Source of the DNA: Mobula birostris
Taxonomy: Eukaryota
Assembly (NCBI RefSeq): GCF_030028105.1
Contig: NC_092374.1
Coordinates: forward strand, 193,993,345 to 194,057,344
Length of the DNA: 64,000 nucleotides
Reading direction: 5' to 3'
Position 1 is the first letter of the stretch. Each line of letters opens with the position of its first letter. Both the position numbers and the translations under genes were made by a program. Below are positions 13,201 through 28,200 of this stretch, one piece after another. The notes beneath the pieces were generated by a model. That model made no database searches. It saw only the letters and a program-made list of their open reading frames with translations, and was not told the origin of the DNA.

Positions 13201-16200
13201 CATACGAGGGGTGATTGATAATTTTGTGGCCTAAGGTGGAAGGAGTCAATTTTAGAAAACCTAGCAATTTTCAGTTATCTGAAACAGAAATACCACAAAA
13301 GTTATTAACTTCAAACTTTCTGCATAATCACTCAAAGAGTTGAACTGCACATGCATGTAACGAGAGCTGTATAACCTTAGGCCACGAACTTATCAATCAC
13401 CCCTCTTACAGCTCCGGCACCAAAAAAATTGGAACTGCATTCCGCCTCCTTCCCAGTGGTAACAATGAGAAGAGGGCATGTCTTGGGTGATGGAGGTCCT
13501 TAATGATGGACACTGCCTTTCTGAGACACCACTCCTTGAAGATGTCTTGGATATTGTGGAGGCTGGTGCCCTAGATGGAGCTGACTAATTTTACATCTTT
13601 CTGTAACTCCTTTCAATCCTGTGCAGTAGCCACCCACTCCACATGCACCCCCCCCATGCCAGACAGTGGTGCAGCCTTTCAGAATGCTTTCCACAGTACA
13701 TCTGTAGAAATCTTCAAGTGTTTTGGTGACAAAACAAATTTTCTCAAACTCCTAATGAGCTCTTCTACATTCCGGAGAGTAAAACCCTGGACAGTGCAAC
13801 CACTCCTTGCAACTCGGGCCCCGAAGTTAAGATGACGTCCAGGTAATTTTTTTTTGCATGCTTTCTAATTATAAACATCTATAACAAAGTGGCCAATTCT
13901 CGACAAAATATTCCAAGTGCAGCCTCGCCATCGACTTCTACAACTGAAACATAAGTTCCTGACTCATATCCTCAAAGCCCTGAATGATGGTCAGCATGCT
14001 AAAAAATCTTCTTCAATATGCTGCTTTCAATGAGCTACACCCTCATACTCCCAGCCATCATACCCCCTTTTCTAGAATTTGATTCCGCTGTAATAAGACA
14101 TAACGGTCCCTTAGTATCATCAGATGGATTCTGGACTTAAGACCACAAGATATAGGAGCAGAAGTAGGTTATTCGGCTCATCGAGTCTGCTCCACCATTC
14201 AATCATGGGCTGATCCAATTCTCACAGTCATCCCCATTCCTCTGCTTTCTCCCCATACCCTTTGATGCCCTAGCTAATCAAGAAACTGTCTATCTCTGCT
14301 TTAAATACACCCAATAACATGGCCTTCGCAGTTGCTCGTGGAAACAAATTCCACAGATCTACCACCCTCTGACTAAAGTAATTTCTCCACATCTCAGTTC
14401 TAAAAGGACATCCTTCAAACCTGAAGTCTTGCCCTCTTGTCCTAGAATCCCCTGCCATGGGAAATAACTTTGCCCTATCTAATCTGTTCAGGCCTTTTAG
14501 CATTCGGAATGTTTCTATGAGATCCCCCATCATTCTCCGAACTCCAGAGAATACAGCCCAAGAGCTGTCAGACGTTCTTCATATGGTAACCCTTTCATTC
14601 CTGGAATCATTCTTGTGAATCTTCTCTGAACCCTTTCCAATGTCAGTATATCCTTTCTAAAATAAGGAGCCCAAAATTGCACACAATACTCCAAGTGTGG
14701 TCTAACAAGTGCCTTACAGAGCCTCAACATCACATTCCTGCTCTTATATTCTATACCTCTAGAAATGAATGCCAACATTGTATTCGCCTTCTTCACCACT
14801 GACTCAACCTGGAGGTTAACCTTTAGGGTACCTTGCACAAGGACTTCTAAGTCCCTTTGCAGCTCAGCATTTTGAATTCTCTCCCCATCTAAATAATAGC
14901 CTGCCCATTTATTTCTTCCACCAAAGTGCATGACCATACACTTTCGCACATTGTATTTCATTTGCCACTTCTTTGCCCATTCCTCTAAACTATCTAAGCC
15001 TCTCTGCAGGCTGTCTGATTTCTGAACACAACCGCTCCTACACCTATCTTTGTATCATTGGCAAATTTAGCTACAAACCATTAATACAGTAGTCCAAATT
15101 ATTGACATAAATCATAAAAAGCAGCGGTCCCAACACTGACCCCTGTGGAACTCCACTGGTAGCCAGCAGCCAGTCAGAATAGGATCCCTTTATTCCCACT
15201 CTCTTGTTTTCTGCCGACCAGCCAGTGCTCCATCCAGTCTAGTAACTTCCCTGTGATTTCATGGGCTCTTATCTTGCTAAGCAGTCTCATGTGTGGCACC
15301 TTGTCAAAGGCCTTCTGAAAATCCAAGTAGACCACGTCTACTACATCTCCTTTGTCTACCCTGCTTGTAATTTCCTCAAAGAATTGCAGTAGGTTTGTCA
15401 GGCAGGATTTTCCTTTCAGGAAACCATGCTGGCTTTGGCCTATCTTGTCATGTGCCTTTGGGTACTCCATAATCTCATCCCTAACAATCTGTTCCAACAA
15501 CTTCCCTACCACTGATGTCAAGCTAACAGGTCTATAGTTTCCTTTCTGCTGCCTTCCACCCTTCTTAAATAGCGGAATAACATTTGCAGTTTTCCAGTCA
15601 TCTGGTACAATGCCAGAATCTATCGATTCTGAAAGATCATTAATGCCTCTGCAGTCTCTCCAGCTATTTCCTTCAGAACTCAAGGGTGCATTCCATCAGG
15701 TCCAGGAGATTTATCCACCCTCAGACCATTAAGAACCTGAGCACCTTCTCAGTTGCAATTTTCACTGCACAAACTTCACATCTCCCTGACACTCTTGAAT
15801 GTCTGGTATACTGCAGATGTCTTCAGTTCCGCTGCCATCTGTGCACCTCTCATTACAGTATTTCCAGTGTCATTTTGTATTGGTCCTATATCTACCCTCA
15901 ACTCTATTTTACCCTTCATATACTTAAAAAGCTTTTAGTATCATCTTTGATATTAGTCACCAGTTTCCTCTTATTGTTCATCTTCTCCTTCCAAAGGACC
16001 TTCTTAGTTTCCTTTTGAAAGTTTTTGAAAGCTCTCCAATCCTCTGTCTTTCCAGTAGCTCTGGCTTCCTTGAATACTCTCTTTTGCTTTTACTTTGGCT
16101 GTGACTTCACTTGTCGGCCACAGTAGTGTCCTTCTCCTTGAAAATTTCCTCTTCTTTGGAATATATCTCTCTTGCACTACCCTCATTTTTCGCAGAAACT

Positions 16201-19200
16201 CCGGCCATTGCTGCTCTGCTCTCTTTCCTGCAAATGTCCCTTTCCAGTCAACTTTGGCCTGCTCCCCTCTCATGCCATTGTAAATTCCTTTATTCCACTG
16301 AAATACCGACAAATTGGATTTTATTTTTTCCCTGTCAAATTTCAATGTGAACTTGATCATATTGTTATCACTGTGCCCTAAGGATTCTTTAACCTTAAGC
16401 TCTCTTGTCACCTCCACAACATCCAATCCAGCATAGCCAATCCCCTAGTGGGCTCAACACCAAGTTGTTCTGAAAAGCCATCCCATAGATGTTCTACAAA
16501 TTCTCTCTCTTGAGGTCCAGTACTGACCTGGTTTTCCCAATCCACTTTCATGTTAAAATTCCCAATGATTATCATGATATTGCCCTTTTGACATGTCTTT
16601 TGTATCTCCTGCTGTAATCTGTAATCCACATCCCGGCTGCTGTTTGGAGGCCTGTATACAATTGCCATTAGGGCCCTTTCACCCTTGCTGTTTCTTAACT
16701 CAACCCATTGACACTCTACACTGGTTGTCGCCAACCTTTTTAAGCCCAAAATCCCCTACCTCAGCCTTGGTGAAAGGCAAGATTGACCTACTAAATCGTT
16801 TAGTCACACGCATGCGCACCAGGCAGAATAGACCTGGAAGTAAAACCCCGCAACCCAGAAACAATCTCTCTTTACAAACGGCTTTCCGTAGCGGGAGTAT
16901 TGCTATATTACCATTATCTTAATTACTATTACTTATTTTTATAATGTTCACATTACAACACCTTTAATTCTATGTTTCATTATTTAATTTTATTTCAACA
17001 TGAAAAATAAATGAATAAAAATTGTTGCACTCAGTGTGATGACTGGGGCTGAATACTTTCTGCTAGTTCCCTGAAATTTGGCTCATAACTACATACAGCC
17101 AGTCTGAGACAGTATGTGATGTGTCTGTCAGTAAGACAGCTCCTGTACTTCGATTTCATAATTTTCATCTGTTGCAGCACAGTACCCTCGCAAACCTCCT
17201 GACAGACTGAATGTTGAATCTGCCAAATTTTTCAGGTGTTTTGTATTGGTAAGCTGTTACTGAGACACTAGTATGTTTCAGAGGTACACAAGATAATGAC
17301 ACCACTGTTTTTTGTTTCCCAGTTATTTACATTTGGGGACTGTTGGAATTTAAAGGGGAAGAAGTGAGTAATGTGAACATTATAAAGATAAGTTAATACA
17401 AATTAGAATAATGGTAATATAGCAATACTCCCGCTACGCGGCTACGGAAAGCTGTTTGTAAAGAGAGGTTGCTTCCGGGTTGTGGGGTTTTACTTCCGGT
17501 CTTTTCTACCGCGGTGTATGGCGGGGGAGATATACACACATGCACACTGGGCAGAAAGAACGGAACTAAAACCCTGCAACCCGGAAACAATCTCTCTTTA
17601 CAAACAGCTTTCAGTAGCTGGAGTATTGCTATATTACCATCATCCTAATTAGTATTACTTATTTTTATAATGTTCACATTACAACAGTATTTGTGTATTT
17701 ATTTATTTTTCATTTTTTTGGGAACTACTGGGAAAGTCTCAAAGATTGACCGGTCGATTGCGATCAACCAGTTGGCAACCACTACTCTACACCTTGCAAT
17801 CCTATGTCATCTCTTTCCAATGATTTAATATTTCTTATACACAGAGCCACACCACCCCCTCTGCCTACTAACCTATCTTTCCAATATACCGTACATCCTT
17901 GGACGTTAAGCTCCCAATGACAGCCATCCTTTAGCCAAGTTTCAGTGATGGCCACAACGTCATATTTGCTAATGTTGAGCTGAATTTCAAGATTGTCCAT
18001 TTTATTCCTTATGCTGCGAACATTCAAGTACAACACAACCTACTTTGCATGTTATTTTCTGCCTGAATTGCACTTTCTCTGTAACTGTAACACTTCATTC
18101 CCCATTCTGTTATTGTTCCTCCTTTGCACTAACTGATTGAATTGATGTGATGAAATGATCTGTATGGATGGCAGATAAAACGTAGTTTTTCACTGTACCT
18201 CAGTACATGTGACAATACTAAACCTGTGCCTTCGTCGCTGCCACTGCTACTGTGTGATCCAGAATCTCCGGAGGAGAAAGCCCCGAGTCCTTGGCTTTGC
18301 TTGTTGCTCGGCAGCCAGGCGGAGTCGATGTGCTTGGCAGAGATGTTGCTCGGTGCTCAGTGTCGGAGGGCTGGTCGGAGGCTCGAAGTTTTCGGACGGA
18401 CTCAGAGTCAGCGGTGGTCGGGTGCTTCCAATGCATCGGCCGTTGTCGGCGCCTGAAGGTTTATGGCAGGGAGAGTTTCTCCCTTTTGCCACCTGCTATC
18501 AGGACTATCAGGTGTCGATCGGAACTTTGAGAATTTTTTTTACCATGCCCATGGTCTGCTCTTTATCAAATTATGGTATTGCTTTGCACTGCTGTAACTA
18601 TATGTTATAATTATGTGGTCTTGTCAGTGTTAGTCTTTGGTTTGTCCTGGTTTTTTTTTTGTGATATCACTCTGGAGGAACATTGTATCATTTCTTAATG
18701 CATGCATTTCTAAATGACAATAAACGAGGGCTGAGTGTCCTCATAATCTAATCTAAAAAAAATTTACCCATTTTAAAGTTTGTTCCCTGCTTTAAGGCAT
18801 TGGTGCTGAGAAGTCTGTGGTCATTCAGGACAAGTTCAGCATTGTTGCCACAGAAAGGGAGACAGTGGTTATTCCATGCAGGCATAATTCCACGAGTAAG
18901 ATATGGTTGTACCATTGGGTCAAGGGTGCCCAAAATGGAATAGAAATGACCGATGAAACTGAGGAGTACAGGGGCCGCTTCTTCAGACCTGAAGAGTTTG
19001 ATCCCTCCCTTAACATGAACAATGTTTTCATGCGACTGAAGTACGTGCGGCTGAGTGATTCTGGGATGTACTTTATACTTTATTCTTTATTGTCGCCAAA
19101 CAATTGGTACCAGAGCGTACAATCATGGCAGCGATATTTGATTCTGCTCTTTGTGCTCCCTGGAGTACAAATCGATAGTAAATATTAAAAATTTAAATTA

Positions 19201-22200
19201 TAAATCATAAGTAGAAAATAGAAAAGTGAAAGTAAGGTACTGCAAAAAAACTGAGAGGCAGGTCCAGATATTTGGAGGGTACGGCCCAGATCCGGGTCAG
19301 GATCTTTTCAGCAGTCTTATCACAGTTGGAAAGAAGCTGTTCCCAAATCTGGCCATGCGAGTCTTCAAGCTCCATACCAGGTTGTGATGCACCCCAGAAG
19401 AATGCTTTCTACAGTGCATCTATAAAAATGAGTGAGGGTTTTAGGGGACAGGCCAAATTTCCTTAGCTTCCTCAGGAAGTAAAGGCGCTGGTGGGACTTC
19501 TTGGCAGTGGACTCTGTTTGGTTGGACCAAGTCAGGTCATTTGTGATATTGACCCCGAGGAACTTAAAGCTTTTGACCTGTTCCACTTGCGCACCACCGA
19601 TGTAAATGGGGTCGTGTGGTCCGCTACTCCTTCTGAAGTCAACAACCAACTCCTTAATCTTGCTGACATTGAGGGATAGGTTATTGTCTTCGCACCATGC
19701 CACCATGTTCTTAATTTCCTCTCTGTACTCAAACTCATCATTACCTGAGATACGACCTACAATTGTTGTGTCATCTGCAAACTTATATATTGAGTTCGAT
19801 GGAAACTTGGCTACACAATCATGGGTGTACAGTGAGTACAGCAGGGGGCTGAGTGCACAGTCTTGTGGGGCACCGGTGCTCAGAGTGATTGTAGAGGAGA
19901 GCTTGTCCCCTATTTTTACAGTCTGGGTCCTGTCTGTGAGGAAGTTAAAGATCCAGCTGCAGATCTGAGTGCTAAGGCCCAGGTTCCGGAGCTTAGGAAT
20001 CAGTTTATTTGGAATGATGGTATTAAAGGCAGAGCTGTAGTCAATGAAAAGGAGCCTTACTTATGCAAGTTGAAGACAATGGAATGGGAAATATATGGGG
20101 CGGGGATGTTTCTCACGGTGAGAAGTAAGGCAGCCTTCAAGTATCTGCTTGTTCGTGCGAATCAGACCCACCACCCAAACACAGTCTGGTCAAGGCTGGA
20201 AAATGATGGAAACACTCAGAAGATCAGTCAGCCACTGCAGTGAGAGAAGCAGTTCAATGTTTAGGTCAGCGACCCATCCTCAGAGCAGGGAAAGAGGGTA
20301 AAAAAGAAAAATGAAGAATGTTGTAAACAACTTTTTTTGCCCAGTTCTGAGGAAAGATCTTCCACTTCAAGCATTAACTCTGTTTCACTTCCTGCAGATG
20401 CTGCCTCCCATGCTGAGTATTTCCAATTTTAACCTCAGATTTCCAACATCTGCAGGCTTTTAATTTTCATTGTTAGAATTTCATCTGCAGAAGAATAAGA
20501 AACAAGACTCAGCACTGAAAAAAGGAGGTGGGGGGGATGAGGTCACAAATCAAACCTCCCCTCCAAGGACTCTGTCTGCTGACTTCTTGCAGCCTCAGTA
20601 AAGCTGCCAACATCATCAAAGACCCCACCCACCCAGGACATTCTCTCCTTTCCTCTCTCCCATTGGGCAGAAGATACAGAAGCCTGAGAGCACACACCAC
20701 CAGGCACAAGGACAGCTTCTATCCCACTGTTATGAGACTATTAAGTGGTTCCCTGATACGATCTTGACCTCACAATTTACCTTGTCGTGACATTGCATCT
20801 TATTGTCTTCCTGCTCTGCCTTTTCTCTGTAGCTGTTACACTTCATTCTGCTATTGTTTTACCTAGTGCTATCTCATTGTGTCATGTAATGATTGGATCT
20901 CAATGAACAGTATGCAAGACAAGTTTTTCACTGTACCTCAGATTATGGGACAATAATAAACCAATACCAAATCCAAAGAGGCTGCAGGTGCCGGAATGTG
21001 GAGTGAACGAAAGACAATGCTGGAGGAACTTGTAAGTCAGGCAGAATCTAGGGAGGGAGATTGAGAGCTGACCTTTCAAAAGGGGACACTTGCCTCATTC
21101 TGTCTGTGCGGAGTCCATGCAACAGCAATTCCACTCTCCAGCTTTTCTTCAGAGCCTCACAAACGCTTCCCAGTCAATTGCTTCCCAGTTCCCTTTTAAA
21201 CACTAAAATTATTCAGATGCATACATTCATGCATGCTGTTAGTGGCAAGACCCTTAACAGTGTTGATGAGCAGAAGGATCTTCGGGTTCCAAGTCCAAAA
21301 CTCTCTGATAGTGGCCACATTGGTTGATAGGGAGGAAAAGAAGGTACATGGCAAATTTGCCTTTATTATTAAAAAAAAATGAGTTCGAGTTTGGAAGTTA
21401 CAGTGTAGCTTTATATAATTATTTAGTTTCCATCTGGTGCATTGCATGCAGTTCTCATCATCCCATATTGGAAGGATGATGAGATTTTGGAGAAGGTGCA
21501 GAAGAGGGCTTCCAGAATTCTGTCTGAAATAGACGGCAGGTGCTTTAAGGAAAGATTGGACAAACGTGTGCTGTTTTCTCTGGAGAGGCAGAAACTGAAC
21601 AGAGACCTAGAACATAGAACATAGCCCTCTATTTTTCTAAGCTCCCTGTATCTATCTAAGAGTCCCTTAAAAGACCCTATTGTGTCTGCAATTATCACCA
21701 TCACTGGTAGTGCATTCCATACACCCACCACTCTCTGTGTGAGAAACTTAGCTCTGACAACCCCCAGTACCTACTTCCAAGCACCTCTCATGATAGCCAT
21801 TTCAGCCCTGGGGAAAAAAAGCCACTGACTATCCACACTATCAATGCCTCTCATCATCTTATACACCTCTATCAGGTCACCTCTCATCCTCCATCGCTCC
21901 AAGGAGAAAAGGTCACGTTCACTCAACCTATTCTCATAAGGTGCACAATCCAATCCAGACAACATCCTTGTAAATCTCCTCTGCAGTCTCTCTATAGTAT
22001 CCACATACTTCCCGTAGTGAGGTGACCAGAACTGAGCACAGTCTTCCAAGTGGGGTCTGACCAATGTCTTATATACTGTAGTTGTAACATTACCTCACAC
22101 TTTTGAACTCAATCCCACGGTTGATGAAGGTCATCACACCATACACCTTCTTAACAACACCATCAACCTGCGCAGCAGCTTTGGGTGTCCTTTGGATCTC

Positions 22201-25200
22201 TGTGATCCAGCATACTGCCAAGAGTCTTACCATTAATTTTACATTCTGTCTTCAAATTTAACCTACTAAGATGAACCACTTCACACTTACCTGGGTTGAA
22301 ATCCATCTGCCATTTCACAGCCAGTTCGGTATCCTATCGATGTCCCGCTGTAATCTCTGACAACCCTCCAGACTATCCACAACACCTCCAACTTTTGTGT
22401 CATCAGCAACTTACTAACCCACATTTCTACTTACTTATTCAGGTCATTTATAAAAATCTCAAAGGGAGGGGTGTCCCAGAACAGGTCCCTGCAGAACACC
22501 ACATCATTGACCTCCATGGAGAATACAAACCATCTACAGCCTTTACCTTCTGTGGGCAAGCCAATTCTCAACCCTCAATGCAAAGTCTCCTTGGATCTGA
22601 TGTCTTCTTACTTTCTAAATGAGCCTTGCACGGGGAACCTTATCAAATGCCTTACTGAAATCCATATACAGTACATCCACTACTCTCCCGTCATCAATGT
22701 ATTTTGTTACATCCACGAAGAGTTCGATCAGGCTTGTAAGGCGTGACCTGCCCTTGACAAAGCCATGCTGACTATCCCTAATCAGATTGTCTCTCCAAAT
22801 GCTCATAAATCCTGTTTCTCAGAATCTTCTCCAACAACTTGCCCACTGCTGAAGTAAGACTCACCAGTCTATAATTTCCTGTGTTATCTCTACTCCCTTT
22901 CTTGAACAGGGGAACAACATTTGCAACCCTCTAATCCTCTAGTGCTTCTCCCATTCCTATTAGTGATGCAAAGATCATCACCAGAGGCTCAGCAATCTCC
23001 TTCCTTACTGTCCACAATAGCCTGGGGTATATTTCGTCTGGTTTCGGCGACTTATCTAACTTAATACTTGACAGAAGCTCCAAGACATCCTCTTCCTTAA
23101 TGCCTATATGCTCAAGCAGTTCAGTCTGCTGTAAGTCATCCCTACGATTGTCAAGGTTCTTCCACTGGTGAATACTGAAGCAAAGTTTTCATTAAGTACC
23201 TCCGCTTCCGCCTCCGACTCCATGTGTAGGTTTCCACTATCGCACCTGATTGGTCCTATTCCCACATGGCTCACCCTCTTGCTCTTCACATACTTGTAAA
23301 GTGCCTTGGGGTTTTCCTTAATCCTTCTTGCTCAGGCCTTCTCATGGCTCCTTCTAGCTCTCTTAATTTCATTCTTAAGCTCCTTTCTAGCAACCTTGTA
23401 ATTTTCTAGAGCTTTAACAGTACCCTGTTTCTTGAACCTTTTGTAAACCTTTCTTTTCTTATCTAATTTTCCTTTGTACACCATGGTTCCTTAACCCCAC
23501 CATCCTTTCCCTGACTCAATGGAACATAGCTATGCAGAATGCCATGCAAATTTTCCCTGAACATTTGCCACATTCCTGCCATGCACTTCCCTGAAAACAT
23601 CTGCTCCCAAGCTCCTGCCTAATAGCATCATATCTCCCCTTATCCCAATTCAATGTTTCCCCAAATTGTGTGCTCCTACCCCTCCAGTGCTATGGTAAAG
23701 GAGATAGATTTGCGATCACTACCTCCAAAATACTCTCCCACTGAGAGATCTGACACCTGACCAGGTACATTTCCCAATACCAGATCAAGTATAGCCTCTC
23801 CTCTGGTTGATGCATCTACATATTGCATCAGGAAACCTTCCTGAACACACCAAACAAACTTCTACCCCATCCAAACCCCTTGCTCTAAGGAGATGCCAGT
23901 CAATGTTAGGAAAGTTAAAATCACCCACACAGCAACATTATTATTATTGCACCATTACAGAATCTGCCTCCCTGTCTGCTCCGTGATGTCTCTGTTACTA
24001 CTGAGGAAGGGCCTACTAAAGCACCCAGTAGAGTTATTGCCCTCTTTCTGTTTCTGACTTCCCCCACACTGACTGTGTGGAGAATCCCTCCAAGACTTCC
24101 TCCTTTACTGCAGCCGTGACACTATCTCTGATTAGTAATGTCACACCCCCACCTCTTTTGCCTCTGTCCCTGTTCGTTTTGAATCATCTAAAGCCCGACG
24201 CTCTCAGCAGCCATTCCTGCCACTGAGATAGCCAAGTCTCTGTAATGCCCACAATGTCATAGTTCCATGTATTGACCAACTCCCGAAGTTTATCCACCTT
24301 ATTTATGATATTCCTTCCATTAAAATAGGCACATCTCAAACCATCTGGCTGAGTGCATCTTTGCTCTATCATCTGCCTGTCCTTCTGCAGAAACACCCTG
24401 CAAACTGTCTTGACTTATACACCAACTGCCCCATCCGCTGCCTTTTCACTTTAGTTCCCACCCCCCCGCAAATCTCGTTTAAACCCACCCCAACAGCACA
24501 TGCAAACTTTCCTCCCAAGATATCGGTTCCCCTCCAGTTCAGATGCAAGCCATCCCACTTGAACAGGTCACCCCTTCCCCAGAAAGATTCCAATGATCTA
24601 AGAACTTGAAACTCTACTCCCTGTACCATATCCTCAGCCAATCATTCTTCTGCACTGTCTTCCTGTCCCTCCCTCGCTCGTGGCACAGGGAGTAATCCAG
24701 AGGACGTTGGAAGTCCTGCCCTTCAGCCTCCTTCCTAACTTCTTAATCTTATTGCACAGGAACTCCACCACTCTCCCGCCTATGTCATTGGTACCAGTAC
24801 AATGGAACCAGCCCTCTGGCTTCTAACCTTCCCCTTTCAGAATATTCTGCAACCACTCAGAGACATCCAGGACCCTAGCAACCGGAAGACAACACACCAT
24901 CTTGGTGTCTCTTTTGCTGACACAGAGTCTCCTATCTATCACCCTAACTATCAAGTCCCCGATGATTATTGCTTCGCCTGACTTCACCCTACTCTTCTGA
25001 GGCTCAGAGCTGACCACAGTCCTATTGGTCTGGCTGCTGCTGCCTTGCCCAGGTAGGTCATCCCCCTCAGCAGTATCCAAAGGGGTATACCTGTTGCTGA
25101 GGTAATGGCCACAGGAGGACCCTGCACTGATTTCTTTCTCTCTTTATCTTTTCGGTGTTCACCCATCCACTCCCTGAATTCTGCACTCTGGGTGTAACTC

Positions 25201-28200
25201 AATAGTCTTATCTATCAGTTTGCCTCCCTCCGGATAATCCTTAGTTCATCCACCTCCAGTTCCAGCTCTTTAATTTGGTCTTTCATGAACTGGAGTTGGC
25301 TGCACTTCCCATGGGTGTAGACATCAGGCAGACTATCAGGTTCCATGAATTCCCACATCCTGCAAGAGCAACATTCCACTGCAATATCTGCCATCCTGCC
25401 TCCACTGGACTATGGGCAGATATGGACCAAATCAGCAATAACGAAAGGAAAAAATCTACCCTTCCTCCCTGTTTCTTTGGCCTCAGCCTCTTCTTGTTCC
25501 ACTCTGACAATGGCCACTTCAAAGATGGCCTCTCCGCTGGACCCGATCTCTCCTTTATGGTTTAAAAATAAGAAAAATCCCCTCACAAGGAGAAGGAACT
25601 CATCACGTTTGGTGGTGCTCTGCCTGCCTTCCACTACTGCCGATGCCTCCGATACTTCCCGCTCCTGCGCACTGGCTACGGTTTTCAAGAAAAATCCCCC
25701 ACAAGGAGAAAGAACTCACCACGTTTGGTGGTGCTCCGCCTGCCTTCCGCTGCCGCTGAAACCTCTGACTTGATAGAGGTTTATAGTTTATTAGAGACAT
25801 AGACAGAGGAGACAGTTGATATCATTGTCACAGGGAAAAATGTCCAATTCCAGAGGGCGTGAATTTAAGGTGAGAGGGGGAATGTTCAAAGGAGAAGTAT
25901 GGGCAAGTGTTTTTCATAGACAGATACAATCAGGCATTCAACAGGCTCTTAAACAGGCACATGGATGTGCAGGAAATGAGGGATACGGACATTATGTTGG
26001 GATGGGTTAGTTTAATTGGACATCTGGTCACCAATTAGTTTGGCACAACATTGTTTACCGAAGTGCCCATCCCTGTACAGTACTGTTTTTTAACATAGTA
26101 ACTACTGAACTTTCCAGTCCATAGCCCAATCAAACTCTTTGTTAAAATATTTCTGCTCATGTTTTACCACCTTATTCTTCCAAAGTTTCTACCCCAATGC
26201 CAACTCTGACTGATGGCAGGATCAGAACCAGAAACGGAATCAGTATCAGAATCGGGTTTAATATCACCGGCAAATGTTGTGAAATGTGTTAACTTAAGCA
26301 GCAATACAATGCAATACATGGTAATGTAGAAAAGATAAGAAATAAGTAGATAATTACAGTAAGTATAAATGTACTTTCTCACAGACAGGACCCAGGCTGT
26401 AAAAATAGGGGACAAGCTCTCCTCTACAATCACTCTGAGCACCGGTGCCCCACAAGGCTGTGTACTCAGACCCCTGCTGTACTCACTGTACACCCATGAT
26501 TGTGTAGCCAAGTTTCCATCAAACTCAATATATAAGTTTGCTGATGACACCACAATTGTGGGCCGTTTCTCGGGTAATAGAAACATAGAAAATAGGTGCA
26601 GGAGTAGGCCATTCGGCCCTTCGAGCTTGCACCGCCATTTATTATGATCATGGCTGATCATCCAACTCAGAACCCCGCCCCAGCCTTCCCTCCATACCCC
26701 CTGACTCCCGTAGCCACAAGGGCCATATCTAACTCCCTCTTAAATATAGCCAATGAACTGGCCTCAACTGTTTCCTGTGGCAGAGAATTCCACAGATTCA
26801 CCACTCTCTGTGTGAAGAAGTTTTTCCTAATCTCGGTCCCAAAAGGCTTCCCCTCTATCCTCAAACTGTGGCCCCTTGTTCTGGACTTCCCCAACATCGG
26901 GAACAATCTTCCTGCATCTAGCCTGTCCAATCCCTTTAGGATCTTATACGTTTCAATCAGATCCCCCCTCAATCTTCTAAATTCCAATGAGTACAAGCCC
27001 AGTTCATCCAGTCTTTCATCATATGAAAGTCCTGCCATCCCAGGAATCAATCTGGTGAACCTTCTTTGTACTCCCTCTATGGCAAGGATGTCTTTCCTCA
27101 GATTAGGGGACCAAAACTGCACACAATACTCCAGGTGTGGTCTCACCAAGGCCTTGTACAACTGCAGTAGTACCTCCCTGCTCCTGTACTCGAATCCTCT
27201 CGCTATAAATGCCAGCATACCATTCGCCTTTTTCACCGCCTGCTGTACCTGCATGCCCACTTTCAATGACTGGTGTATAATGACACCCAGGTCTCGTTGC
27301 ACCTCCCCTTTTCCTAATCGGCCACCATTCAGATAATAATCTGTTTTCCTATTTTTGCCACCAAAATGGATAACTTCACATTTATCCACATTAAATTGCG
27401 TCTGCCATGAATTTGCCCACTCACCCAACCTATCCAAGTCACCCTGCATCCTCTTAGCATCCTCCTCACAGCTAACACTGCCACCCAGCTTCGTGTCATC
27501 CGCAAACTTGGAGATGCTGCATTTAATTCCCTCATCCAAGTCATTAATATATATTGTAAACAACTGGGGTCCCAGCACTGAGCCTTGCGGTACCCCACTA
27601 GTCACCGCCTGCCATTCTGAAAAGGTCCCGTTTATTCCCACTCTTTGCTTCCTGTCTGCTAACCAACTCTCCACCCACACCAATACCTTACCCCCAATAC
27701 CGTGTGCTTTAAGTTTGCACACTAATCTCCTGTGTGGGACCTTATCAAAAGCCTTCTGAAAATCCAAATATACCACATCCACTGGTTCTCCCCTATCCAC
27801 TCTACTAGTTACATCCTCAAAAAATTCTATGAGATTCGTCAGACATGATTTTCCTTTCACAAATCCATGCTGACTTTGTCCGATCATTTCACCGCTTTCC
27901 AAATGTGCTGTTATCACATCCTTGATAACTGACTCCAGCAGTTTCCCCACCACCGACGTTAGGCTAACCGATCTATAATTCCCCGGTTTCTCTCTCCCTC
28001 TTTTTTAAAAAATGGAGTTACATTAGCCACCCTCCAATCCTCAGGAACTAGTCCAGAATCTAACGAGTTTTGAAAAATTATCACTAATGCATCCACTATT
28101 TCTTGGGCTACTTCCTTAAGCACTCTGGGATGCAGACCATCTGGCCCTGGGGATTTATCTGCCTTCAATCCCTTCAATTTGCCTAACACCACTTCCCTAC

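Larger units (their letters stand above)
10960..13770 (-). mobile_element. Rex1/Babar-type LINE 3' fragment split by a 2.2-kb insertion (11255-13444)
   Basis: LINE sequence stops at 11254 and resumes at 13445. CCTCCTTCC is present at both junctions (11246-11254, 13445-13453). Confidence 0.6.
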
